A stretch of DNA of 64,000 bases from Macrostomum lignano (Eukaryota), in NCBI GenBank assembly GCA_002269645.1, contig NIVC01002839.1:62001-126000 (forward strand), in the 5' to 3' direction. Position numbers and translations under genes: made by a program. Below are positions 24,906 to 37,151 of the stretch, piece by piece; within the stretch, counting starts at the first letter, position 1; every line of letters begins with the position of its first letter. The notes under the pieces were generated by a model that worked only from the letters and a program-made list of their open reading frames with translations, did no database searches and was not told where the DNA came from.

Positions 24906-27900
24906 ATGTCTGAAGAAGTGAGCACTCCCGGTAGCACTACTGATCGACTAATGCGAATGCAGCTGTCCCCCTCGGCTCCAACCGCAGCCAATGTCGGAGA
25001 GTCTCCAGCACCCGAGGCCGAAGATCTCGACGAGTTAATCGCGCAAATAGTCAGCAACGATCCGCCGACGCGATTTTTTGGCATACAAAATCTGCGCCGA
25101 CGTGTCTGCGACGATCGCGAAAGCTCCTATGCCAGACTGTTGCGCAGCCCCGCTTTCGATGTGATTCTTGAAGGCCTGGGCAATAGTCAGCTACCGGACA
25201 TGCAGTACGAATGCGCCTGGGTGCTGACCAATCTGCTGTCTGGCCGACAGGAGAAGTTCGACCTGCTAGCCCGAGGAGGTCTCTGCCAGCCGTTGGTGAA
25301 GCTGCTGGACGCTGGCGCTTCAGCCGATCGAACTCGTGAACAAGCTTGCTGGGCCTTGCCAACATTGTCGGCGAATGTGCCGAATGGCGCGACCAAACTT
25401 TGGTCTGCGGCCTCCTGCCAGCGCTGACCTCGCTGCTGGACTCTCGACCATCGTCCGGCGTGTTGGATGCCACTTCGCTGCTGCTAGTGAATCTGTTCCG
25501 CGATCACGAGCCGCGAGTCAGCTTTGAAGTGGCCAAGACTTTGGTGCCCTACCTGATGCAGCTGATGGATCATCCGCATAGGTAAGCTGAGATCAGTGGT
25601 GTACGCTCAGGGAGCCAACAATAGGTGCGTGTTTGGAGGGGCCAGCCGTCTCTTGGTGTGTGTGGGTGTCCCTGTCTCTTAATGTTGGGTGTCCCTGTCT
25701 CTTAATGTTGAGTGTCCCTGTCTCTTAATGTTGGGTGTCTCTGTCTCTTAATGTTGGGTGTCCCTGTCTCTTAATGTTGGGTGTCCCTGTCTCTTAATAT
25801 TGGGTGTCCCTGTCTCTTGATGAGTAGGCGTCCCTGTCTTTTGGTGTGTAGGCGTCCCTGTCTTTTGGTGTGTAGGCGTCCCTGTCTTTTGGTGTGTAGG
25901 CGTCCATGTCTTTTGGTGTGTATAGGTGTCCCTGTCTCTTAATGTTGGGTGTCCCTGTCTCTTAATGTTGGGTGTCCCCGTCTCTTAATGTTGGGTGTCC
26001 CTGTCTCTTAATGTTGGGTGTCCCTGTCTTTTAATTTTGGGTGTCCCTGTCTCTTAATGTTGGGTGTCCCTGTCTCTTAATGTTGGGTGTCCCTGTCTCT
26101 TAATGTTGGGTGTCCCCGTCTCTTAATGTTGGGTGTCCCTGTCTCTTAATGTTGGGTGTCCCTGTCTCTTAATGTTGGGTGTCCCTGTCTCTTAATGTTG
26201 GGTGTCCCTGTCTCTTAATGTTGGGTGTCCCTGTCTCTTGTTGTGTTGGAGTCCCTGTCTCTTGTTGTGATGGAGTCTCTGTCTCTTGTTGTGGTAGAAT
26301 CCCTGTCTCTTGTTGTGGTGGAGTCTCTGTCTCTTGTTGTGGTAGAATCCCTGTCTCTTGTTGTGGTGGAGTCCCTGTCTCTTGTTGTGGTAGAATCCCT
26401 GTCTTTTGTTGTGGTGGAGTCCCTGTCTCTTGTTGTGGTAGAATCCCTGTCTTTTGTTGTGGTGGAGTCTCTGTCTCTTGTTGGGTGGGTGCCATTGTCT
26501 TTTCGGTATTCGGAGGTTCGTCTTACGAGTCGTATTTCAGATGGAGAACTAACACACAAAAGCCAACAGCCAACTATAACACAGACTCTCCAGACACCTT
26601 AGTGCCATCAATACGCACATGTCGTCACGAATACAAATCTTAATAATAGGCCTGGCTTTCTTTCTAAATGGTCGAATACGAATGACAGTTACACTTTGAA
26701 AGCCAGGCAGTAAAACTTCGATTGACTTTTAGAAGATCTGTCTATCAAAAAGTCTCCGTGCATTTCAAAAGCTCAAATGCCCACCTCAACTCTCAGGTCT
26801 CTCGTTCCTCACCTACTTTGGGCAATGTCCTACCTCATCGAAGATAGCGAGCCAAGAGCCAGCCTCCTACTCAGGGAAGATGTGCTTCATCATTTGCGAC
26901 GCTGTTTAACAAGCGGAGACGACAACGAGTTAATACCTGCTCTGCGAGTGTTTGGCAATTTCGCCTCGTCCATGACTCTGCTGCCAAACTGCGTGCTGGC
27001 AGACAATCTGCTAGCCAAGATGAGACCTCTGCTTGACCATTCGGACGCCAAGGTTCGCCTGCAGGTGCTGTTCTTCACCAGCATCGCGTCGGACGGACCG
27101 GACACCTTCCTGGACCAGATCGCCGATGCTGGTTTCCTGCCTCGCGTTGGCCAAATTCTATTAGAAGCTGACGAGCGCGAGAAACGCGAAGCCTTCTGGA
27201 TTGTACCGAACTTTGTCATCACTAGGGGCAACAAGTTTGTAAGCTATTTGCAAGGTTAAACGAACATGTTTAAACTAGCCGATTTAAATTATTATTTATT
27301 TTGCAACTAAAATATTTTATAAATTGCATAATCCCGCATCCTGCGGCTTCCACTCAATTGTACACGAATCACGTGACACCTATCCAGGAATCCAGGAAAT
27401 GGCACCTATTTACGACTCAAAGTCGCACCTATCCACCAATCACTCATCGCACCTATCCACCAATCACTCATCGCACCTATCCACCAATCACTCATCGCAC
27501 CTATCCACCAATCACTCATCGCACCTATCCACCAATCACTCATCGCACCTATCCACCAATCACTCATCGCACCTATCCACCAATCACTCATCGCACCTAT
27601 CCACCAATCACTCATCGCACCTATTCACCAATCGCACGTCTCACCTACTCACACTCCGTTGTCTTTCACAGAAAAATCTCGTCGTCGAGAACTGTCTGGA
27701 AGGCTTCCTGGAGACGCTGACCCTGTCGGACACCGAGCTCACCCACTGCGTGCTGCTAAGCGTTCGCGAACTTCTAATCAGCGCTGCCAGACGCAAATCC
27801 GAAGACAGCGGTCAAAGTTTCGAATCGTTGCGCAAACAAATCGAACACTGCGGCGGATTAAAAAAGATCGAATTGGTGCAGAATTTGGCCGACAACGATT

Positions 27901-28958
27901 TGGCTCAGATGAGTCGACAGATTATTGACGACTTTTTCGTTCACAATGGAGCGCTTTATGAGACCAACTCCGCTGCCGGTCTGGATGAAGGAGCGAACCC
28001 TGGTTCTGAGCCAGCTGCAGATGTAGGAGAGGTGGGGGCTGAGGCTGCTGGTGAGACTGCCAATGAAGCTATCAATCAAGCTACAAATGAAGGTACCAAC
28101 GAAACTACAAATGAAGGTAACAACCAAGCTACCAACCAAGCTACAAATGAAGGTACCAATGAAACTACCAATGAAGGTACTAACCAAGCTACCAACCAAG
28201 CTACAAATGAAGGTACCAACGAATCTACCAACCAAGCTACAAACGAAACTACCAACGAAGCCACAAACCAAGCTACCAACGAAGCTACCAACCAAACTAC
28301 AAATGAAGGTACCAACGAAGCTACCAACGAAGCTACCAACGAAGCTACAAACGAAGGTACCAACCAAGCTACAAACGAAGGTACCAACCAAGCTACAAAC
28401 GAAGGTACCAACCAAGCTACAAACGAAGGTACCAACCAAGCTACAAACGAAGGTACCAACCAAGCTACAAACGAAGGTACCAACCAAGCTACAAACGAAG
28501 GTACCAACCAAGCTACAAACGAAGGTACCAACCAAGCTACAAACGAAGGTAGCAACCAAGCTACCAACCAAGCTACCAACCAAGCTACCAACCAAGCTAC
28601 CAACCAAGCTACAAATGAAGCTACAAACGAAGCTACCAACCAAGCTACCAACCAAGCTACAAACGAAGGTACCAACCAAGCTACCAACCAAGCTACAAAT
28701 GAAGGTACCAACGAAGCTACCAACCAAGCTACAAACGAAGGTACCAACCAAGCTACCAATGAAGGTACCAACAAAGCTACGAACGAAACTACCAACGAAG
28801 CTACGAATCAAGCTACCAATCAAACTACCAATAAGGCTACGAATGAGGCTACCAACGAAACTGCAAATGAATTTACTAACGAAGTCGGAATGGAGACAGT
28901 AAACAGGATTGCGCAGCCAACGCTCGAGGTGGCCAATGAAAAGATTGCTAGCGAATGA
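24906..28958 (+). CDS. Divergent importin-alpha, exons 24906-25581, 26797-27238, 27672-28958; frameshift near 25362; long TNEG/TNQA repeat tail
   Basis: ARM motifs QYECAWVLTN, REQACWALANI, LWAMSYL, PALRVFGN, KREAFW, IEHCGGLKKIELVQ...QIIDDFF match importin-alpha; GT-AG junctions are phase-compatible. Confidence 0.88.
25650..26485. repeat. Intronic minisatellite, 23-bp units grading into 24-bp units with shared core TCCCTGTCTCTT
   Basis: Period 23 at 25681/25704; period 24 at 26281/26305. Confidence 0.93.
27424..27625. repeat. 24-bp intronic minisatellite GCACCTATCCACCAATCACTCATC
   Basis: About 8 units. Confidence 0.95.
28060..28880 (+). repeat. Coding 12-bp repeat giving TNEG/TNQA/TNEA tetrapeptides
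   Basis: In frame with the last importin-alpha exon, no stop until 28956-28958. Confidence 0.9.
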
Positions 28959-29710
28959 TAACGCTAAAAAATAACAAGTGACGGTTTTATTAGCCGTTGT
29001 CGTTAAAAAGTCGCTAGCAGAGAAACAAAGCGGGGAATTAAGTTTGCATATAGGAACAATTTATTTGTTTAAATCGTTTCGCAAATAAGGCAATTCAACC
29101 AGATGAGCAAATGCAATTCTGCCAAAATCTTCATTTAAATTTCTCTGCCCACGTAGCAATGAGCAATGTAAAAATATCTTCCGCTTTGAAATGACAAAAC
29201 TATTGCAAATAAAGCTGGACTCTCCTGGCCAACTTCATTAACCTAATAGCTGGTTATTCTCCTTGCTTGGGAATTCTTTTTATTCAAAACAGGTGAGGAG
29301 CAGGGAAAGAAGGGAGAATCTAGCTAGAGGCAAGAGTGGAGAATAGATGGAGAGAGAGAGAGAGGGCATAGTGGAGAGAGAGAATAAATAAGATGAGAGG
29401 GGAGAGGAGATAAAAGAAGACGAACCTTACGAACCGAACCGTACTGCTGTTGTGAAGTTCCCAAGGACCCAACGGCCGGATAGAGAGGCTTCGCTAGCCG
29501 GAGTTTGTCGACCCCCTGTTGTTCAACCTAAAAGCTGCATGCAGAATTTTGACTAAATCGCATGTCTCTGTGACGACAGGGGGAACTGCACTTTAACTCT
29601 TCATCTTGAAATTACGAAATGACTTTATACAGGAAATACATGTCCGAGCGTACATGAACATTATATTACAATTTAATTCACCCAGAGTTATATAAATGAG
29701 CCATCTCATC

Positions 29711-30817
29711 GGGAACCAGTTAATTCGGCGACAGGTTGACTCGGCGACAGCCAATTCGGCGACAGTCAGTTCGGTGTCATTTTGTCATCCATTGCGTTGA
29801 GTTTGAGTTTGCATGTTTACTCGGATTTCAAAATCAACATCGTATCGCATGTACATTACATGCACAATGAAATGCGTTCCACTCAAAAGCTCATTCACAA
29901 TCGCTATCAAATGAGCTATCAAATCACACGACTGCTGTATACAAAGTATAATGAATAAAGGGAACACAAAGTTAAGTTAGCTTTTAAAATATACAAAGCG
30001 AAGATCGAAAGTAAAAATGAGCTACGTATTTTGAGTGTGCGGTCTTTGCCCGTCTTAGCATGTACATCATTTGGATTCAATCGATTGATTTTTTGCCTAT
30101 TATGTGGTGATGCATATTAGCTCGTCAATGCGCGACAACTCAGAATGGGTAGAGTAGAAATTGAATTTGCAATAATTGTAACAAATGGACAGTATGGACC
30201 ACTGCATTGTATGCAAGAAGACTGTCACCAATGACGCTGCCGCCATTGACTGTGATGTATGTCACAAGTGGCAAATAGAATGTAATTCCGGTAAGTATTT
30301 GTACATGTACCACTGAAATACCAAAGTAATTTGGTGCTGGTAGAATACATGAAATACAGTTAACGTATGGTATACAATGTACATGTACAGTGATACGAGT
30401 GTCAGTTCAATTCTGTGTGCAGGCATCTCTAAAAGACTCTATACTCGTCTTAAGTCTGTTGATTCATTCGACTGGAAGTGCAAGAGTGCAAGCAATGCAA
30501 TCAACGAATACAGGCAGCAAAAAGAGGTAGAAAAAAAGCAGCCCGTGTCACAGTCCCAGAAAAGTCTGCTGAGCTACACTGCTCAGCTGATGCTGCTGCT
30601 GCCCGTGTCTCTACTGCAGTGCAAGAAGAAATAATTAATGCGTTAAAATGGTTAAAACAAACCTTTATTTAAATGGCAAGGACAAATGGCAATATGTTAA
30701 ATTTCGTTTTCTAGTTTCGTAGCTTTCGTAGCATTCGCCGAATTGGCTGTCGCCGAACTGACTTGTCGCCGAATTGGTTTTCGCCGAATTAGCTTGTCGC
30801 CGAATTAACTGGAAGCC
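29711..30817 (+). mobile_element. 1107-bp non-autonomous TIR DNA transposon, 8-bp TSD ATCTCATC, carrying a PHD-finger gene
   Basis: Ends GGGAACCAGTTAATTCGGCGACA and TGTCGCCGAATTAACTGGAAGCC; TSD at 29703-29710 and 30818-30825; repeated subterminal TCGGCGACA motifs. Confidence 0.88.
30185..30672 (+). pseudogene. Two-exon PHD-finger gene (30185-30290, 30423-30672), degenerate
   Basis: CIVCKK...IDCDVCHKWQIEC|GISKRLY...DWKCK(E)C; the His ligand is missing and one base is lost near 30485; GT-AG intron. Confidence 0.7.
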
Positions 30818-32397
30818 ATCTCATCAGTGTCCTCAGCTGCCCTACCGGCGAGGACAGGGGCAGGCTGATGTCGCGGCTCCGAGGTCGAGGCGGGACCCTG
30901 TGGACTCTGATGTATTTGTGAACTATAACAGCGTTTTTTTTGTTGCTGTCATTTGTAACATGTACTACAGTAAAAGCGAATAGTTTCAGTTAGTACTATT
31001 CCTGTGAGAATAATTCAATTGCTGCCTGATCACCACCTTCCATCACCTCTGCTGCTGTCGCCGCCGCTGGCGGTGGTATATTTAGTATAAAGGATGTGTA
31101 GTTTATCCACTACTTCTGTCTCTACAACAACAAAGAATGGAACACAAAAACCGGTTTTAAATGCCTGGGGGTAATTTTTTTGGTAGCCAAAAGCCTACTG
31201 CCAAGCCAGGCCAGTAGTGGAAAGGTCGGTGCATGGAGTCTCATATCAAACTGATGCGCGAGTCGAGTACGAGCTTATATTTAACTTTTCAAAGAGAGAG
31301 AGAATTCATGAAAGCTGGTCTTCGCTTGCGTTCTATTTACTGTCCTCGCCTTCTATAGGGCAAGGGGGTAGCAGTGATGCGGTTCGATCGCACGTACGTA
31401 TCAAAGCTGCCACGCAGCGGGCCTGTGCCGCACTTTTAATGCGCGACCAACACGAGAGTCGATCATTTGTGCAGGCCGCGTGGCCTAAACAGCGTTGAAC
31501 GCTGAGATATACTGCAGATTTCAATATAGAAACGATCACTGTACTAGTTCAATAAAAAGATGGTCGAAAGACTGGTAAAGTTTGCATGTCCAGAAATCTT
31601 ACAGTGCATTCTTCGTGCAAACCAAATTCTCAAAATTAATGATGTTAATTCAATTTCTATCCCTCGCCCAGTTGCATCAAGGACTATACTCAAGTAAGAC
31701 TGGAAACTACGTTTCTTGGAAAATTTTAGGAAGCAGGGTTTTTTCCGAAAAAATACACTACGGAGACACGGATACACTATGGAAGTTTTCTTTTCAGCAC
31801 AAAAATTGTTATTGTTTTCGATTTTCGATAGGAGGCAGACCCACGGCACATGTTTATCTTTCGATATGTTTTGCCTTTTTTCGAACACAATCAGTCTTCT
31901 GTATGGTATTTTTTGTACTGAGCTTTTTTGAATAGTTAATACCAATGAGAATAAATACCCTCAGAACGTTTCTTAAGTGATGCTTTTGTTTTAATCTCTT
32001 AACGTGTAATCTCAGTCAATCCTTGCCGCACTTTTTTAAATGAAGACCTGCTTGAATAACTATTGCGGCCTTTAACCGTAAGGCAAGATGCTTTGAGCCT
32101 GACCAGAGTAATAATGTTTGAATTAATATTGTACGTGTCTCCCTAAGTAAGGATACGCAAGACTATATTGAAGAATAAAAGCTTATATGATATTCTATAT
32201 ACAAAATGTAGTAGTAATTAGGCCCACTAGCTAGTACTACTATTACTATTACTAGTACTATGCCAAAAGTCATATAATAGCCCCTAATTTTTCGGCATCT
32301 ACAAAATATCTAACATAGGAATCGTAGCATAACTGTAAAAACAAAAAAGGCAATTCTTTGACTGTATGCAGGAGTCTAATTACTGATAATAGTGATT

Positions 32398-32512
32398 GGC
32401 TATCCTGTAGTAGTTTCGCACGTTAAATTATTTTACGGAATTATTTCGCCCTCTATTCAAGGGTGGTGGGGGGTGGGGGTAATAATTCAACGTGCGAAAC
32501 TACAGGATAGCC
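32398..32512. mobile_element. 115-bp MITE with about 32-bp TIRs and 8-bp TSD TAGTGATT
   Basis: GGCTATCCTGTAG..TTTCGCACGTTAAATTATT and AATAATTCAACGTGCGAAACTACAGGATAGCC; TSD at 32390-32397 and 32513-32520. Confidence 0.88.
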
Positions 32513-32687
32513 TAGTGATTTAATTGCAGTGATTTTTCACCTTTTAAACTTTGTCTGACTGGGAATATTCCAACCATTGTGATTGTTCCAACATGTAATG
32601 CGGTTAAATAGTTCTTTTCAGCACTGGACAAACAACAAGATATGAATATATATATCATATTCTATATATATAAAATAATTAAAAATA

Positions 32688-33072
32688 TAATTAAAAGCAA
32701 AATACCCTGTCCTTAGTCTAAACTTGGAAATCTAGAAATTTTCTATAATTGTACCTATATGGCATATAGGGAGTCTAATGATTTTATTCTGGTCTAGATA
32801 GCCTTAGTATATATATAAATATTATATTATATATATTAATATATAAATATATCTACTAATATAAATATTAGCCAATTTTTTTAATTTTTAATTTTTTACT
32901 TTTTTTTATTTTTTTAATTATAAATATATCTGCTAGGCCTAATATATATATACTAAGGCTATCTAGACCAGAATAAAATCATTAGACTCCCTATATGCCA
33001 TATAGGTACAATTACAGAAAATTTCTAGATTTCCAAGTTTAGACTATGGACAGGGTATTTTGCTTTTAATTA
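32688..33072. repeat. Foldback inverted repeat, about 130-bp arms with an AT-rich spacer
   Basis: 32688-32816 is the near-perfect reverse complement of 32943-33072. Confidence 0.9.
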
Positions 33073-33824
33073 TTTTTTATAATATAGGCCCCTATCTTAT
33101 AGACTTCTGGCCATAATAAAAATCATCAGTTAAGCATCAGTATAACAATTCTTGGATGACATTTTCATTAAGAGTTAAAGAGTTGTTTGCAAAAAATTTT
33201 TGGCAACTCTTGTCATATCATATTTTTTAATAGGTTAAGATTGACATGAGCTATATATATTTAAAGATACCCTTGACATCTAGAATGGACTTTGGAAGAC
33301 ACATTTTCATGGAAATAATGGTCAATCATTTGCATACTTCTTATAGTAGGAAGTCAAGAATCTTATTAATTATTGTATACAAGTACTACTTTGATATGAA
33401 AGTAATAAAGATATTGTAAATGGAAAGTATGCCATGACAAAGCCAAAGAATAATACTCCTACAATTTTTTTCTTTATCTCTTTTGTCCTAATCCCCAGAT
33501 ATCTAGAGATATCTGAATCTAAAAATCTATAAAATAACACTTTAAACACTAAAATCTATTATGAAATAAAAAAGTTATAGACATTTTACTACAAAAAACT
33601 TGCTTTTTGCCCAAAAATAGCACAGTTTTTAGTGTATTTGAGATAGGGAACAAACACCATTTTTTGAAACAAAAAACTTTATAACTTTTTTATTACTTGA
33701 TCAATTTTCAAAAGTTTGGTGTCATTTCACTCATAACATACAGGGCTACAACATGGCATGGTTAAAATTTTGGAATTCAAAAATATTTTTTCTCACTTGA
33801 ACCCCTATTCCTATGTAGCCTATA

Positions 33825-34685
33825 TCTCTACATATAAAAATCAAAACTGTCTGTCTATGTGTGAACAATTTTGATTGCTTTGGACTCCCAAACCGCTCAG
33901 TCAAACTACACCAAATTTTGCACCCACCCTAAATTCACTACAGAAAGTGTCTAGGCTACCTTAAAATTTCCTAAATTTGAGTCTTCACACCTAAAAGTGC
34001 AAAAAACTGCTTAAAATGCACGATTTTTTCACTAAATCCTCCATAGCGCCGCTCCACTTTTACCTATCGTCTTCAAATTTAACACAATCAATCTCCAACT
34101 ATTTTGACACAATCGTGTAAAATTTCGAGTCTTAAAGTTAATCCTGAACGGCGTTGTGCACTTTTAAAGTTAGGCTGTTTTTTTGGCAAGGCAGCCAGCC
34201 TAACCTCCGCCCGCCTGCCTCTCTTTCCCGATCTGGGCAAAGGGTAAATAGGTTTTAAAATGACTAACTTTTGGCTACCATAAGTTTGCTCCACGTAAAG
34301 CGATTGACTTCAAACTTGACACAATTCTTCATTGACTCATTATCTATCTAAATGTAAAGTTTCAACTCTGTAACTCAATCAGAACAGAAACTGTAAGCAT
34401 GTGAAGTTTGTCTGCTTTTTCTGTTGTTTGTGCCGCTCACTCACTCATTCCCCCAGCCCAGACAAAGGGTCAGGCGATAGGGCTCAATGTACATAGCATT
34501 AGCAAATATCCTTATCTTTCTAAGAATTCTAGAAAGTATAACACTTCTTCTATTTAGCTTCTAATGGTTAATTGCCAATTTTCTAATTTTTATATAATGC
34601 CGCAAGGTATGGTTTATTTTATACAGTGTTTCGGAATAACTTTTTAATAGCCTTCTCTGCATCTCCGCGCATGGAGAGGCTACGT
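33825..34685 (+). mobile_element. Possible non-autonomous Helitron-like repeat
   Basis: Begins TCTCTACATATAAAAATC...TGTCTGTC; recurring ...CAAA(C/T)TTGACAC-like blocks; GC hairpin at about 34649-34681; no CTRR end found. Confidence 0.3.
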
Positions 34686-35029
34686 TTAGCCATGACAGTT
34701 TAGTGAGAGATTCAAAACCACTGTCCTCTGTATAGACAAGTCTGCAGCAGTTTAACAGTGGATGCCGGATGGCAAATCAAGGCGATTCTGGATGGTTTGT
34801 AAAAATAGCAAAAAATTAATGAATAACTGATTACAATGCAATCCTACTAAATTAGTTACACCACGAATCTTTTAACTTTAAGTTTCGCATAAGGTACTTA
34901 AAGCATGAGAAATGATAACAACTAAGTCCCAAGAACTGGCTTTCGAAGCTGCGAAGCAGGGATCGGCAGATTTTTACCTCAAAGGCCAGATAAAGAATCC
35001 AGCTCAAGGCTGCGCTGCGGGCCAGATGC

Positions 35030-36210
35030 GAGTGGAAAGGAGAAGGAATAGACTGGTAGAAAGAGAGGAGGGGCGAGAGGGGGATAAGAGAAAAGATAGA
35101 AGATAACAGGAGAGACGAGGGTGGTGAGGAGAGAGCAGAGAATATGGGAGGAAGAAGCGAGAGGAGGGGAGAGAGGAGAGAGAAAAGAGTAGAGGTGAGA
35201 AGAGGGAGGGAGAAGAGGGGAGAGATAAGACAGATGATCGATGAGAGAGGAGAGTATAGAAGAGTGAGATGAGAGTAGAGATGAGAAAACAGAGAGGAGA
35301 TCGAGAGGAGAGATTAGAAAGGATAGAGAGGAGATGAGAGGGGGAGAGAGGAGAGAGAGAGTTGAGAAAGAAGAGAGGAGAAAGGAAGAGGAGGAGAGAA
35401 GAAAGAGATGAGATTGTAGAGATGAGAGAGATGAAAGGAAAGATGAGACATTAAGGAATAGAGAGCAGGGTGTGCAGAAAGACGAGAGAAGAGAATAGAG
35501 GGGAGAGAGTATAGAAGAGGAAAGAGAAGAGATGAGTAAGGAAAGAGGAGTCAGAAGAGGGGAAAATACACAGGAGAGAGAAGAGACAGAAGAGAGAGGG
35601 GGATGAGAGAGCAAAGATGAGAATGAACAGACGATATATGAGAGGAAAGAGAAGACAAGAGAGGGAGAGAGTTTAGAAGAGGGAAGAGAAGAGAAAAGAA
35701 AAAAGGAGAGATGAGTCACAAGAGGGGAAGAGAAGAGTACAGTGGAGAGAGGTGAGACAACATACGAGTATAAGAGAGTAAAGATGAGAGATGAGAGAGG
35801 GGAAATGAGATAGCAGAAACGAGAGTGAACAGACAAGAGATGGGAGAGTAGAGAGAAAAGAGGAAAGATAAGAAATAAGAGATGAGATGAGACAAAGGGA
35901 GAGAGAAGTGAGTGAGGAGAGAGGAAGTGGAAAGAGAATCGAGAGGACAGGGGAAAGGACTAGAGAGGAGAGGAAAGAGGGGAGAGATTAGAGAGGAGAA
36001 AAGAGATGAGACAGGAGAGAGCAGGGAGATGAGAGAGAAAAGATGAGAAAAGAATAGAGGGGAGAATGGAGAGATGAGAGAAGAGGGGACAGGAGAAGAA
36101 AGAAGAGAGGAGAGGAGAGAGAGAAGAGATGGGAGAGAAGAGAGGGAACAGAAGAGAAAATAGATGTTTCAAAGAATCCAAGGGACATAGGGAGAGGCAG
36201 AGGTAGAGAC
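35030..36210. repeat. Purine-rich (GA) low-complexity tract
   Basis: About 1.2 kb of mostly A/G on the plus strand without a fixed period. Confidence 0.92.
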
Positions 36211-37151
36211 CAGAGTTTGCCTGACATTCTGCGCAGAACCCCAGACAACAAGATCAATGTTTGCCTCAAATACTAATTTTACACGAATGTACTCTATTTT
36301 TATGTTTAACTCTATCCTAACTATTAACAAGTTTTTTGTTTGAGTTTGACCTCAGATTTTAGAATACATGCAAAAATAGTTCCAGGGATTGGAATTCGCC
36401 GTGTTCAAAATCTGCAGGTTTCAACAGCTTGTTATATTTATAGTCTTTTAAATTGAAATTATTTGCCTAGACTAGAATGGAATCTTTGCATGACAGTTTT
36501 GGAACAGAAAGTTGCATGCAAGTTTTAGGATTATCTATTATAAAATATTCAAATGTGCAAAACTAGAGGATTGCCAAGTTTTTTGTGGTTGCAACAATAA
36601 AAAACAATGTTCATACATACTATAACAATCTTATCATGTCCACTTCATCTTTATGGTAGCTTGCTATAAAAGGAAGTTCTGATCTTTATTCTAAATTACC
36701 CCTATCCTGACTAGACTAGGGGCAAAGTGCTTTATTTTCAACTTCAATCGTGCATTTTTAAGTTTTCTTGTTGTTATAAAGTTGGGCAAGTTTACCATGA
36801 AATATGCAGGCAAGTACATAAGTTTTCTAGATTCCTGCAATGTCTTCTTACAACTATATCTTAAGTCTATTTTTTATTGTAAGTCTAATTGGGTATCTTT
36901 CTTAAATAGACCTACTATCACTTCAATGCTAGATGTTTTGGTGCCAGATACTTTGGTGTCAGGTCACTTTTGTGCCAGGTTGTATTGTATACTAAAGTGA
37001 ATGTGCCTAACCCAATATGCCAAAAACAAGTACTTCTAATACTCTTATAGTAGATACTCGCACCTATCTATCTGTATAATCTCAAAGGCAAGAATAGAGC
37101 TCTAATAAAATGTAAATATATATTTCTGCAGCCTAAACTGTTATAAAAAAG

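Noticed and set aside
26169-27720. QQETG, TRDRDS, THRTYPP and SDWWIGA repeat ORFs
   Set aside because: Intronic minisatellites of the importin-alpha gene; splice sites bypass them.
27858-28902. Alternative-frame and antisense ORFs over the TNEG repeat
   Set aside because: Stop-free by-products of the 12-bp unit; only the frame continuous with the ARM exon is supported.
34979-36269. S/L/F-rich minus-strand membrane-like ORFs
   Set aside because: Translation of the polypyrimidine strand of the GA tract.
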